Shown: positions 18,070 to 27,608, counted from the first letter of the stretch. The stretch is DNA of 44,866 nt from a virus (IMGVR_UViG_2579778842_000011:1-44866); one strand, 5' to 3'. Translations and numbers: made by a program. Notes: generated by a model not told the origin, from the sequence alone.

Positions 18070-19581
18070 ATGTTTAATCTTTTTCGACGCAAAAAGGCGG
18101 TAGAAACTCCAGTTAAAACTAATCACCGCCAGCAACAACCAAAAATTTTCATCGACAAATCTATAGAAAAATACCAGAGATCTTTGGCGACTCGTAGTTT
18201 AGGTCTGGTGGGTGATCGTATTGATGGATCACTTCAACAAGACACCATTACAGGAACCTTCAATAAGGCTCTCAAATCGAACGGTAAGCGCCTTTATGAT
18301 CAGGGTCGTACTCTGGCCTTAAACACTTCCGTAGGCAGTCGCTACACGCAATACATAACCGATATGGTGGTAGCTACTGGCCTAGATCCGAAGCCGTCAG
18401 TTGTTAAATCAAACGGCAAACTTGATAGCGCACTGAATAAGCAGATCGAGAATGCTTTCTGGAAGTGGGCGCAGAATGCTAAACGCTTCTCTCGTAACGG
18501 TCGTTTTAACTTCCGTGAACTGCTGGTGATGGCTGAACGTGAACGCGTTATGGGTGGTGAGTGCTTCATAGTTTTAACCAAAGAAAACAATGAGTTAAAT
18601 GTTTCTATCCTGTCTGCTGATAAGTGCGACTGGTCGCTAAACCGTGAAGTAAGCAAAGACCGTGCGATATATCAAGGTGTGGAGTATGACGTAGAGACGA
18701 TGAAGCCCGTAGCATACTGGTTTCGTAAAATCAACCTACTGACTCAGACCTACACTGGTGATAACTATCGCGTAGATGCATCGCAAGTATGCCATTATTA
18801 TCAACCACTTACAGCCGAATCCCTGCGTGGTGTGACTGACTTCCTGCCAGTGATTAAGGATATCGCACATCAAGACGCATTCCGCGAAACTGCGATCGTC
18901 CAGAAACGTATTGCAGCTAGCTCGATGGGCTTTATCGAACGTCCGAAAGATTCTGGTGACGATTTTGATACTGGTGAAGAGGATGAACAATATCAAGCGC
19001 CGGAAGTAGTACAGGATTTTGCACCAGGTACTATTCAGGAATTACCGGAAGGGGCAACGATCAAGAGCATCCAGGCGACGCAAAGCGGTGATGACTTTAA
19101 CAGCTTCAATGATGCGATGTTTACTAGCGTATCAATGGGTTTAGGCGTGTTTAAACAGGGCTTAACGGGAGATTGTTCACAGATCAACTACTCAGCCGCA
19201 CGTTTTGGTGAACTACTTCAACGTAACCGCGTTAAAGCACTTCAAAACAAATTAATTGAAACAGTGGTATTGCCAATTTTCGAAGCGTATCTACGCCATT
19301 ATTCCGCGCGTGGTATTGTTCCGATTCGTATTACTGCAATTCCACATATTATCGATAATACAACTATTATTCGTCCGCGTTTCGAGTCTGTCGATGTTAT
19401 TAAAGACGTAAACGCTGATATTGCTTTAATTGATAAAGGACTTAAATCACGTACTGCCGTTATTCTTGAACGTGGTGATGATCCTGAAAAAGTATTCTCA
19501 GAGATTCAAGCCGAAAAGAGCGCACTAAATATTATCGTTAATGGCGAGGGTGAAGAAAAAAATTCCCCAGCCGATCCCTAA
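18070..19581 (+). CDS. Portal protein (lambda gpB-like)
   Basis: 503 aa; position after terminase; VFKQGLTGDCSQINYSAARF region resembles recalled lambda B. Confidence 0.8.
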   Translation: MFNLFRRKKAVETPVKTNHRQQQPKIFIDKSIEKYQRSLATRSLGLVGDRIDGSLQQDTITGTFNKALKSNGKRLYDQGRTLALNTSVGSRYTQYITDMVVATGLDPKPSVVKSNGKLDSALNKQIENAFWKWAQNAKRFSRNGRFNFRELLVMAERERVMGGECFIVLTKENNELNVSILSADKCDWSLNREVSKDRAIYQGVEYDVETMKPVAYWFRKINLLTQTYTGDNYRVDASQVCHYYQPLTAESLRGVTDFLPVIKDIAHQDAFRETAIVQKRIAASSMGFIERPKDSGDDFDTGEEDEQYQAPEVVQDFAPGTIQELPEGATIKSIQATQSGDDFNSFNDAMFTSVSMGLGVFKQGLTGDCSQINYSAARFGELLQRNRVKALQNKLIETVVLPIFEAYLRHYSARGIVPIRITAIPHIIDNTTIIRPRFESVDVIKDVNADIALIDKGLKSRTAVILERGDDPEKVFSEIQAEKSALNIIVNGEGEEKNSPADP

Positions 19582-19626
19582 TAACCAACGGGGGCGCAAT
19601 GCCCCCAATTAATTAAAGGTGATTAA

Positions 19627-21630
19627 ATGCTTAAATTTCGCCGCGATCTTAACGGTTACGGTGGAGTTATTAACGAAGGGCATAACGATCAATACGAATT
19701 TGAAATTGCTTTCTCAAGTACACAGCCTTATCAGCGCCAATTTTGGGATGAGCAAAATCAAGAAATGGTGGTATTAGATGAAATTCTGGTACATACACCG
19801 GAAGCGGTTGATCTGTCTCGTCTGAATAATAACGCTCCGTTGCTGTTCAATCATAATTTCGATAATCATATTGGTGTCGTTTGTAACGCTCGAATCGATG
19901 CGGATAACGTAGGTCGTGCTCTGGTTAAATTCTCTAAGCATGGCACTTTGGCTAATGATATTCGCAATAAAGTCATTGAAGGTACGATGGAAAAAATATC
20001 GGTCGGCTATGACATTAAAGAGTATCACATCGACTACGCTAAATCGCAACTCATTGTTTCTAAATGGATTCCGCACGAAATTTCGTGGGTCACGGTCCCG
20101 GCGGACGATTCGGTCGGTTTAAATCGCTCTCTAAATACTATCACAGTTAATTTGGGGGCTAAACGCGATATGACTAAAGAACAAATCGAAGAAATCAAAG
20201 AAGAACAAGAATCCGCTCAGGTTGAAGAAACTCCGGTAGAAGAAAATAAAGAACCGGAAGTTGAAGAAACTCAAGAGCGCCAAGTTGAAGAGAATAAAGA
20301 AGATGAAAATCTCGAAGACGGAAAAGACGCTAAACATCCTGAAAGTGTTGATGATGATAGTTCAACTGTTCGGGAAGAAGAAGAAGTAAAAGAAGAACGT
20401 GAAGCCGCTCCGGTTGAAGAAGAAAAAATCGAAGAAGTGGCTGAACGTTCCGAAGAAGACGAATTAGAAATTCGCGAAATTGCACGCGAACTAAATATTG
20501 ATGACTCTGAATTAGCACGCGCATTGGCAATTAAAGACATGACGCCGGAAGCATTCCGCACTAAGGCGCTAAATAACATTACCAATGTTCAACGTAATAA
20601 CGAACAAATTAAGGACTCTAAAATGGAAAAAACTTTCGATCTTAATAACGTAATCCGCTCCCTGGTAGATGGCGACGTGCTCGGCGCTAACGAAGCTGAA
20701 TATTCCGCAATGGCTGCTACTGCAACTATGCAGCGTGGTCGTGCTGCTCGCGGTGGCTCTGTATTCGTTCCGGCTGCTGCTATGCGTGCTGCTTCTGCTG
20801 GTAACACCAAAGCCGACCTGACCGCTATCACTGACGAAAAACTGATGACTGAATCCTACATCGAAATGCTGATGCCGGAATCTGTTCTGGGTCGTCTGGG
20901 TGTGACTGTTTACAGTGGCTTGAACTCCCCGACCGCTATTCCAAAAATGACTAAATCCAGCGTTGACGCTTTCGGCTTCGTTGATGAAAACGGTGCTGCA
21001 CCGGAAAGCAAAGCTGAATTTGCGAACGTGAAACTGTCTCCTAAGACGTTTGCTGGTGGGAACCCGATCAGCAGAGCGAGCCTAAAAACCGTACCCGGCA
21101 TCGCTTCCCTGATCACTGATCACATTAACAAAGCTGTTCGCATCAAACTGGAACAACTGATTCTGTCTGATAAAGCTAACGACCGTGGTCCGGCTGGTCT
21201 GGTTAAGCAACTGGTAGACGCTAACCGCGTTACCAAGAAAGCTGCTTTCTCTTACAAAGACTTCCTGAAAGAAATTGCAGCACTGACCGACGCTGGCGTT
21301 CCTGCTCAGGCGATCAAGTTTGCGATGAGCGGTGCAACTGCTGCTGAACTGGAATCTACCCTGAAAGATAACGGCGTTTCCGGTTATATCATCGAAAACG
21401 GCAAACTGGCTGGTTACGAAGTAGTTACTTCTGGCGTTATTCCGGCAGACCACATCGTTCTGGGTGACTTCTCCGGTATTACCATCGGTGAGTGGGGCGG
21501 TCTGGAACTGGATATGGATCTAACTACATACCGTGACCGTGGTGCGGTAGTGCCTCGTATCTTTGTAGATTTGGACTACGTTGTAGCACAGCCGGAAGCT
21601 CTGAAAGTTCTGAAAATTGGCGAAGAGTGA
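19627..21630 (+). CDS. Prohead protease - acidic linker/scaffold - major capsid protein fusion (HK97-like)
   Basis: 667 aa; N-terminal ~170 aa with prohead-protease-like motifs (LLFNHNFDNHIGVV, ISWVTVPADDS); E/K-rich linker; C-terminal ~330 aa capsid-like; ends at UGA 21628-21630. Confidence 0.7.
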   Translation: MLKFRRDLNGYGGVINEGHNDQYEFEIAFSSTQPYQRQFWDEQNQEMVVLDEILVHTPEAVDLSRLNNNAPLLFNHNFDNHIGVVCNARIDADNVGRALVKFSKHGTLANDIRNKVIEGTMEKISVGYDIKEYHIDYAKSQLIVSKWIPHEISWVTVPADDSVGLNRSLNTITVNLGAKRDMTKEQIEEIKEEQESAQVEETPVEENKEPEVEETQERQVEENKEDENLEDGKDAKHPESVDDDSSTVREEEEVKEEREAAPVEEEKIEEVAERSEEDELEIREIARELNIDDSELARALAIKDMTPEAFRTKALNNITNVQRNNEQIKDSKMEKTFDLNNVIRSLVDGDVLGANEAEYSAMAATATMQRGRAARGGSVFVPAAAMRAASAGNTKADLTAITDEKLMTESYIEMLMPESVLGRLGVTVYSGLNSPTAIPKMTKSSVDAFGFVDENGAAPESKAEFANVKLSPKTFAGGNPISRASLKTVPGIASLITDHINKAVRIKLEQLILSDKANDRGPAGLVKQLVDANRVTKKAAFSYKDFLKEIAALTDAGVPAQAIKFAMSGATAAELESTLKDNGVSGYIIENGKLAGYEVVTSGVIPADHIVLGDFSGITIGEWGGLELDMDLTTYRDRGAVVPRIFVDLDYVVAQPEALKVLKIGEE

Positions 21631-21717
21631 AATAACGAAGAATTGCCGGAAGAAATTCCGGTAGTTACGGCGAAAGCCACAGCTAAAAAGGTGGGACGTC
21701 CACCGAAAGCAAAATAA
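21631..21717 (+). other. In-frame 28-codon extension downstream of the capsid UGA stop (putative readthrough product)
   Basis: NNEELPEEIPVVTAKATAKKVGRPPKAK then TAA; shares NEELP and VVTAKATAK with the extension after the major tail gene. Confidence 0.45.
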
Positions 21718-21723
21718 TAATTA

Positions 21724-21749
21724 GCCCTGCCTAACGGTGGGGCTTTTTT
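21724..21749 (+). terminator. Rho-independent terminator after the capsid gene
   Basis: GCCCTGCC-TAAC-GGTGGGGC (two G-U pairs) followed by TTTTTT. Confidence 0.7.
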
Positions 21750-21780
21750 GTATGTAAATACTCCATAAAGGGGGGTAACT

Positions 21781-22071
21781 ATGTTCAAATTATCAGAATC
21801 ACAATTATCAAGAATGTTTAAAAGTGCTCCTGTATTTTCGGTGGAAGGTGGTAAATCAATTCGTGCTTATCATGAAATTACTACTACCGACGAACAAGGG
21901 GTAATGACAGAGACAGAATTTTTATTTTGTCGTGAGGGAGACTTAAAGCAGGGTGATATTGTCATTGTAGAAAATCAGCGTTTCAAAGTTCAATACGTTA
22001 AGCGCAATGGTGACAATACAACTGATTGCTTTATCACTCTGGCAGGGGGTACACATGCTCGCTACCGTTAA
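21781..22071 (+). CDS. Putative head completion / head-tail adaptor protein
   Basis: 96 aa; AAGGGGGG RBS; position after capsid gene. Confidence 0.4.
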   Translation: MFKLSESQLSRMFKSAPVFSVEGGKSIRAYHEITTTDEQGVMTETEFLFCREGDLKQGDIVIVENQRFKVQYVKRNGDNTTDCFITLAGGTHARYR

Positions 22072-22477
22072 TAACATGCCGAGACTGAAAATCAAACGCG
22101 CCTTGCAAGATATTATCGAACAAGATTTAGGTCTGGCTTTAAACGTAGAACAAACTCAGCAAGGCTTTAGTGATGATGTGGTTTGTTGGATCACCGGAAT
22201 GAATGAGACTTACACTAGGGTCCGTGGTGGTAATGCAATGCAAGCTGAATGCGTTATCGAAATGCAATTATATTCTCAGATTCATGAAACCAAAATTCAT
22301 GAGGGTATTTGCCAGATAATCCAGATTCAGCCGGATAACCCACGTTTTAAAGATTTGGGCTTCTCTATTTCAGATATCACTCCAGTAGCTTCTAATACCG
22401 ATTATGACGATGATTCTAGTGATGGGGGTATCGTTGGGACACTTAGCCTTAAATTTTCTTATCTAGCGCGTTTTTAA
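22055..22477 (+). CDS. Putative head-tail joining protein
   Basis: ORF 22007..22477; ATG 22055 has GGGGG 5 nt upstream; overlaps end of previous gene; start uncertain (alternative 22076). Confidence 0.35.
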   Translation: MLATVNNMPRLKIKRALQDIIEQDLGLALNVEQTQQGFSDDVVCWITGMNETYTRVRGGNAMQAECVIEMQLYSQIHETKIHEGICQIIQIQPDNPRFKDLGFSISDITPVASNTDYDDDSSDGGIVGTLSLKFSYLARF

Positions 22478-22486
22478 GGGGTAATA

Positions 22487-23320
22487 ATGAATATTACACA
22501 AGATAACTTAGATATTTTCACTGGATCACATGTTGAAGTGTCGATCTCTAACCAGATAGACAATCAGGTCGACTTTTTCGATCCTAGCTTTAGTTCTATG
22601 GAGAACATCGCAGCATTCCCTACGCTAACCGAATCCACAGAGATAGAAACTCTGGAAGAGTACGATCAGGACGCTACGGGGAAACTTGCTGGTTATCGTA
22701 GACTGGAACCGACAACACTCACATTAAACCGTGTTCTTGACGATGAACATCAAGCAATGTTGATGAAAGCGGTAGAGGATAAAACACCTTTACGCTTCCG
22801 TATGTTCTATGTTGTGAACTCTGGCTATAGTGCTGCTAACACAGGGTACTTTTGTATATTCGATGCTTACGTCACATCACATAAAACCCGTGGTAGTGAT
22901 AACAAAGCTGTAACACTGGAATTTAAACTTGAACCAGATGGCGGGATTTTGGCAAGGGGTATTGCTACCGAAGGTAAGATCTTACGTCAGGGTGATTTTG
23001 GTATTGGTGCTGGTGTACATCCATTTACAGGGGGTATAGACGACACAGCATTAGCCGGAAACCGTTTCGTAACTTACAAGGGAACTGCTAGCGGCAATCC
23101 ATATTCAACCGACACAGCATTAATTCACCTTCAAGCTAATGAGCATGGCGCATGGCAATTAACCTGTAATACTTCTGGCGCACCGCGTTTACGTGTCCGA
23201 AATATTCAGGAAAACGGTCGTTCTGAATGGATCAAGGTATATTCCACCAATGAGAAACCGACACCTAGCGAAATTGGCGCAGTGGCTAAGACTGACCGGA
23301 TCGATTTCGGCGAATACTAA
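22487..23320 (+). CDS. Putative neck/tail-associated protein with fiber-like C-terminal motif
   Basis: 277 aa; C-terminal NEKPTPSEIGAVAKTD resembles DKPTPGEIGAYTKAE in the downstream fiber. Confidence 0.4.
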   Translation: MNITQDNLDIFTGSHVEVSISNQIDNQVDFFDPSFSSMENIAAFPTLTESTEIETLEEYDQDATGKLAGYRRLEPTTLTLNRVLDDEHQAMLMKAVEDKTPLRFRMFYVVNSGYSAANTGYFCIFDAYVTSHKTRGSDNKAVTLEFKLEPDGGILARGIATEGKILRQGDFGIGAGVHPFTGGIDDTALAGNRFVTYKGTASGNPYSTDTALIHLQANEHGAWQLTCNTSGAPRLRVRNIQENGRSEWIKVYSTNEKPTPSEIGAVAKTDRIDFGEY

Positions 23321-23399
23321 GGATTCTCCTACCTAAATAAAACATGAACGTTGGGAGGTTAACGCCTCCCTTATTCCTGTTTTATAGTGAGGTGATTCG

Positions 23400-26300
23400 A
23401 TGCAGTCGATCCAATTTAAACGCACACAAACGGCTGGTAAAAAACCAACGCCGGAACAATTATCACAGGGTGAAATCGCCTTACAACTGGCGGACCATGT
23501 GATTTACACCAAAGATAAAAATAATAACGTAGTCCAAATTAGTGTTTCTCCAGAAAAACACGCTGAACTGAATACGAAAGTAGACACCAACAAGGTCAAT
23601 ACAGATAAAGTCATTTCAGCAAATAAAACCGAAGCCGCTAATAATCTGGCTAGTGCTAAAGCTGAACTTAATCAGACTATCACTTCTACCCGTGATGCTC
23701 TCAATGCTTCAATCACTGCTGGCGACACCGCAGCCAACAAACGAATTGATGCTTTGACTACCACAGTAGGTAACAATAAAACCGAAGCGGCTAACGCTCT
23801 GGCGGCTGCTAAGACTGAACTGAATCAGACTATTACTTCAACCCGCGATACTATCAACGCAACAATTAACAAGAACAAGACAGATATTAATGCACGAGTT
23901 GATCAGACTAATACCAACGTTACTAACTTAACGAATAATATCGCAGCAAATAAATCAGCAATAGAAAAGACGGTAGCGGATAATAAGAAAGATGCGGACA
24001 CGAAGATCACCAATCTTACTAGTACGGTCTCTGCGAATAAGACATCCATTGAAAGAACTGTTGCAAATAACAAGGCCAGTGCCGATGCCGCAATTGCCGC
24101 AGCTAATCAGCGAATTGATTCTATTGAAGGTAGTGCCGATGCTGCTTACATCAAGAAGAATACCAACACTTACCATCACGGCTATCTGTTAACCAAAACA
24201 GCTAACTATTTGGAAGACCAGACAGCGAGAGATCTTAACTACTTTGGTGCTTTCCGTACCAATGGTCAAGATGGACTCATGGATCTAACTCTTAACGTTC
24301 CTCACTCTGCCGGCAAAGCGCACGGTCGCGGATTTACTTTCCGTTATGCGTCTGGTGGATCTCGTGTTGAAACCTATGGTTTTGATAGAGAAGGACAGAA
24401 GAACTTTAGCTATAAGATGTATCACGAAGGTGATAAGCCGACTCCTGGCGAAATCGGTGCATACACTAAAGCAGAAGTTGACAAGATGTTTGTTAAAAAC
24501 GTCACTATGTCTGTTCCTAATTCTAGCGAAAACGTATCTGCATATTTCAAATTGGCAACCGCAACAATTCCACAAAACGGGCGTAGTGTGTTTTTCCGTA
24601 TTCATGGTGGTAATGGTTACAACGTTACGGCATATGACCAAGTTGATGTAGTAGAAATTCTTCTCCGTAGTGGTAACGATAGACCTAAAGGACTTAACGT
24701 AGTTGCATATCGTCGAAATACCGTCAAAGATTTTGATGTATTTGCCGTCAATACATCCGGTGATAACTATGACATTTATGTGAAATATCAGCGTTACACT
24801 GATAACGTTATTGTTGAATTTGGTAAAAGTGTTTATGTTAATCTGACTGTTCACGATACACCGGAAGCCACGTTAATTAAACCTTCTGTTGGTGTTATTG
24901 ATGGGCGCATCATTACTCTATTCAATACAGAAAACAAACGAGGTGTGTTGAGTTTTGACGATAACCCACAAAATAGTTATGATATTGTTCACTTGAGTAA
25001 TGATAGGGGTACTGGACGAAAATATATTCGTAAATTCCGTAGCAACTATAACGAAATGATCTGGCATGAGACGGTTCAAGGTTCTACTTATCGACTCGCC
25101 ACGGGTAGTACAGATGCCCAGGAGATTCTATCCGTTGAATCTAGTAGCTCTATTGCTGGGACTCATAAAGGTAATATTCTTTCTGGTCGAATGATGTTGG
25201 GTGGCGGTAGTAATGTTATTACCTTGCGGCGTCCTGCTGGTCAATCCAACCATATTACGTTTCAAGATAATCGGACTGGATCTATTACCCGTCAAGGGTG
25301 GATCGGTTATGGTAATGCTGATACTAACGTTTTTGAATGGTATAGTGATGTAGGTGGCAGTTCTATTCGTCACCACATCGACGGACAGATCGAACTTGCA
25401 ACCGGTAACACAAAACGCGTTTATACTAACGCTCAATTCATCTCAATGAATAGCGACGCCTACCGTATGCTCTATGGTAATTATGGTGCATTCTGGCGTA
25501 ATGACGGCGTTAAAGTTTATCTTCTTTCTACTGCCGAAAATGATAAATTGGGCGGATGGAATACTTATCGTCCATTCATTTATGATTTAACTTCCGGCAA
25601 CGTTCAATTAGGCGGTGATGGTAACGAAGATGCATTAACGTTAGAACGTGCTTCTCGTGCCGCTCGCTTTAGTAATGACGTTTACATTAAGAAAGGGCAT
25701 TTGACTTTCGACGCTGGGCGATTAAATTCCCGCGATTATTTCCGGTTTAACCATTGGGGTGATAGCAATAACGGTCGCGATAACATCCTACAGATTGAAG
25801 ACAGTCAGGGCGCACATTTTATCACTGAACGTGCTATGGGTACTGGTAACATAACAACACGTTTTAGAGGCTTTGTACGTGTAGAATCTGGTGAAATTGC
25901 ATTTGATGCTAACCGTGGTTCTTCTTCGCAATTTAGTCTCCATACATGGGGTAACGAGCAACGCAAACAGGTTTTTGAATGTAAGGATGCTACAAGTTAT
26001 CACTGGTATACTGAACGTACTCAGGGTGGCACTGGACCTATTCTGTTCTCTATGGCGGGTAGTCTAAACGTTGCTAGCAATATCACAACAACTGGTGCTG
26101 ATATTACGTTTAAACGCGCTGGCAATAAGCACATCTGGTTTAGAGATCCAAACGGTTTAGAGTTGGGCTTGATGTATTGCGATGACGCTGGTGTTATTCG
26201 CTTCCGTGGTGAGAAACAAACCGAAGTCTGGAAATTCGGCGGTAAGATGATTCACCTTGAAACGGGCACTGTATCCGGTGGCGGTAATGGTCTTATTCGT

Positions 26301-26918
26301 GGTAGCGTTGCTGGTGGTAGTTGGGCTAGCTGGCGTGATCGTGCTTCTGGTATTCAGGTCGACTGTCAACAATCAACCGATTCCGCTCATAACGTATGGA
26401 AAGCAACCCATCAAGGTAAATATCATATCGCAGCAATGGGTGTACATGTTCCTAGCGGTACTATCGGTAATGCTATGGTTCAACTTCATGTTCATGATAC
26501 CAACTTTATCTTTAACGCTGCTGGTGATTTTACCGCAGGTCGTAACGGTAGCTTTAACGATGTTTACATTCGCTCTGACTCTCGTCTGAAAATTAACAAG
26601 GAAGAATTACAGGACGGTGCATTAGAGAAAGTAAACTCCTTGAAAGTCTACACCTACGATAAAGTTAAATCTCTTTCTGATGACACGGTAATTAAACGCG
26701 AAGTCGGTATTATTGCTCAGGATCTGGAAGAAGTATTGCCGGAAGCAGTAGGTATTCAATCCACCGAAGATCCAGAAAATCCAGAAGCAATTAAGACGAT
26801 TTCTAACTCCGCTGTTAATGCCTTGATTATTAAAGCTATTCAGGAAATGGACGCCAAATATAAAGCCCAGATCGAAGCATTACAGAAAGAAATTGCCGAA
26901 CTCAAAGCAACTAAATAA
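23400..26918 (+). CDS. Tail fiber protein with C-terminal intramolecular chaperone (peptidase S74-like) domain
   Basis: 1172 aa; repetitive N-terminal Ala/Asn/Thr-rich segment; C-terminal SDSRLKINKEELQDGALEKVNSLKVYTYDK...coiled coil typical of self-cleaving fiber chaperone domains. Confidence 0.75.
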   Translation: MQSIQFKRTQTAGKKPTPEQLSQGEIALQLADHVIYTKDKNNNVVQISVSPEKHAELNTKVDTNKVNTDKVISANKTEAANNLASAKAELNQTITSTRDALNASITAGDTAANKRIDALTTTVGNNKTEAANALAAAKTELNQTITSTRDTINATINKNKTDINARVDQTNTNVTNLTNNIAANKSAIEKTVADNKKDADTKITNLTSTVSANKTSIERTVANNKASADAAIAAANQRIDSIEGSADAAYIKKNTNTYHHGYLLTKTANYLEDQTARDLNYFGAFRTNGQDGLMDLTLNVPHSAGKAHGRGFTFRYASGGSRVETYGFDREGQKNFSYKMYHEGDKPTPGEIGAYTKAEVDKMFVKNVTMSVPNSSENVSAYFKLATATIPQNGRSVFFRIHGGNGYNVTAYDQVDVVEILLRSGNDRPKGLNVVAYRRNTVKDFDVFAVNTSGDNYDIYVKYQRYTDNVIVEFGKSVYVNLTVHDTPEATLIKPSVGVIDGRIITLFNTENKRGVLSFDDNPQNSYDIVHLSNDRGTGRKYIRKFRSNYNEMIWHETVQGSTYRLATGSTDAQEILSVESSSSIAGTHKGNILSGRMMLGGGSNVITLRRPAGQSNHITFQDNRTGSITRQGWIGYGNADTNVFEWYSDVGGSSIRHHIDGQIELATGNTKRVYTNAQFISMNSDAYRMLYGNYGAFWRNDGVKVYLLSTAENDKLGGWNTYRPFIYDLTSGNVQLGGDGNEDALTLERASRAARFSNDVYIKKGHLTFDAGRLNSRDYFRFNHWGDSNNGRDNILQIEDSQGAHFITERAMGTGNITTRFRGFVRVESGEIAFDANRGSSSQFSLHTWGNEQRKQVFECKDATSYHWYTERTQGGTGPILFSMAGSLNVASNITTTGADITFKRAGNKHIWFRDPNGLELGLMYCDDAGVIRFRGEKQTEVWKFGGKMIHLETGTVSGGGNGLIRGSVAGGSWASWRDRASGIQVDCQQSTDSAHNVWKATHQGKYHIAAMGVHVPSGTIGNAMVQLHVHDTNFIFNAAGDFTAGRNGSFNDVYIRSDSRLKINKEELQDGALEKVNSLKVYTYDKVKSLSDDTVIKREVGIIAQDLEEVLPEAVGIQSTEDPENPEAIKTISNSAVNALIIKAIQEMDAKYKAQIEALQKEIAELKATK

Positions 26919-26973
26919 TAAAAGTCGGGGGACTAGTTCCCCCGTAATAACAATTTAATTAAGGGGTAATTCT

Positions 26974-27450
26974 ATGTCTCAGCAATTTAAAGATATTTTT
27001 ACTGGTGGTCTGGTAAGTCTGTTCTATCACGCCGATACCACTAACACCGCTCTCAACCATGAGGGCTATGAAGAAATTAAAGAGTGCGCCGGATTCCCGG
27101 AAACTGGTATCGAACGCGGTACTGTAGAAGTTAAATCCTTCTCTTCTCAGTATAACCGTAAACTGGTAGGGAAGCTGAACGTTCCTGATCTGACTCTGAC
27201 CGTTAACTACATCCCAGGCGATGCGGTACATGAAAAACTGATCAAAGCTGCCGAAGATGGTACTCGAATCCAGATTAAAGTAGAGTATTACGTATCAGCG
27301 GATAAGCAGACTGGTATTCGCACCGCTTTCAACGGCTTCATTTCTAAAGTTGCTATGAACGGTGGCGATGAAGAAGTGGTAACTAAAGAGTTTACCTTTG
27401 CAGTGGACGGCAAACCGCTGAAACAGGAAATCTTCAATACTGCCGGATGA
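26974..27450 (+). CDS. Major tail (tube) protein
   Basis: 158 aa; AAGGGGTAA RBS; position before chaperone pair and tape measure; strong terminator after it; ends at UGA 27448-27450. Confidence 0.55.
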   Translation: MSQQFKDIFTGGLVSLFYHADTTNTALNHEGYEEIKECAGFPETGIERGTVEVKSFSSQYNRKLVGKLNVPDLTLTVNYIPGDAVHEKLIKAAEDGTRIQIKVEYYVSADKQTGIRTAFNGFISKVAMNGGDEEVVTKEFTFAVDGKPLKQEIFNTAG

Positions 27451-27576
27451 ACTAACGAAGAACTTCCTTTAATAGAACCGGAACCACAGCCGGAACATGA
27501 AGCGGTGGTGATTCCAGAATTAGAGGTTGTTACGGCGAAAGCCACAGCTAAACGAAGCCGCAAGGCTAAAGATTAA
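27451..27576 (+). other. In-frame 41-codon extension downstream of the major tail UGA stop (putative readthrough product)
   Basis: TNEELPLIEPEPQPEHEAVVIPELEVVTAKATAKRSRKAKD then TAA; 24-nt block GTTACGGCGAAAGCCACAGCTAAA identical to that after the capsid gene. Confidence 0.45.
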
Positions 27577-27582
27577 TTATAA

Positions 27583-27608
27583 GCCCTGCCTTAATGGTGG
27601 GGCTTTTT
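27583..27608 (+). terminator. Rho-independent terminator after the major tail gene
   Basis: GCCCTGCC-TTAAT-GGTGGGGC followed by TTTTT; same stem sequence as the terminator at 21724. Confidence 0.7.

Noticed and set aside
20131-20585. Minus-strand ORFs (68, 104, 66 aa) inside the capsid gene linker
   Set aside because: They are reverse-complement readings of the GAA/AAA-rich acidic linker and give poly-Phe/Ser low-complexity peptides; artefacts of repetitive codon usage.
23400-26918. Diversity-generating retroelement targeting the tail fiber
   Set aside because: No reverse transcriptase gene and no template/variable repeat pair near the fiber C-terminus.
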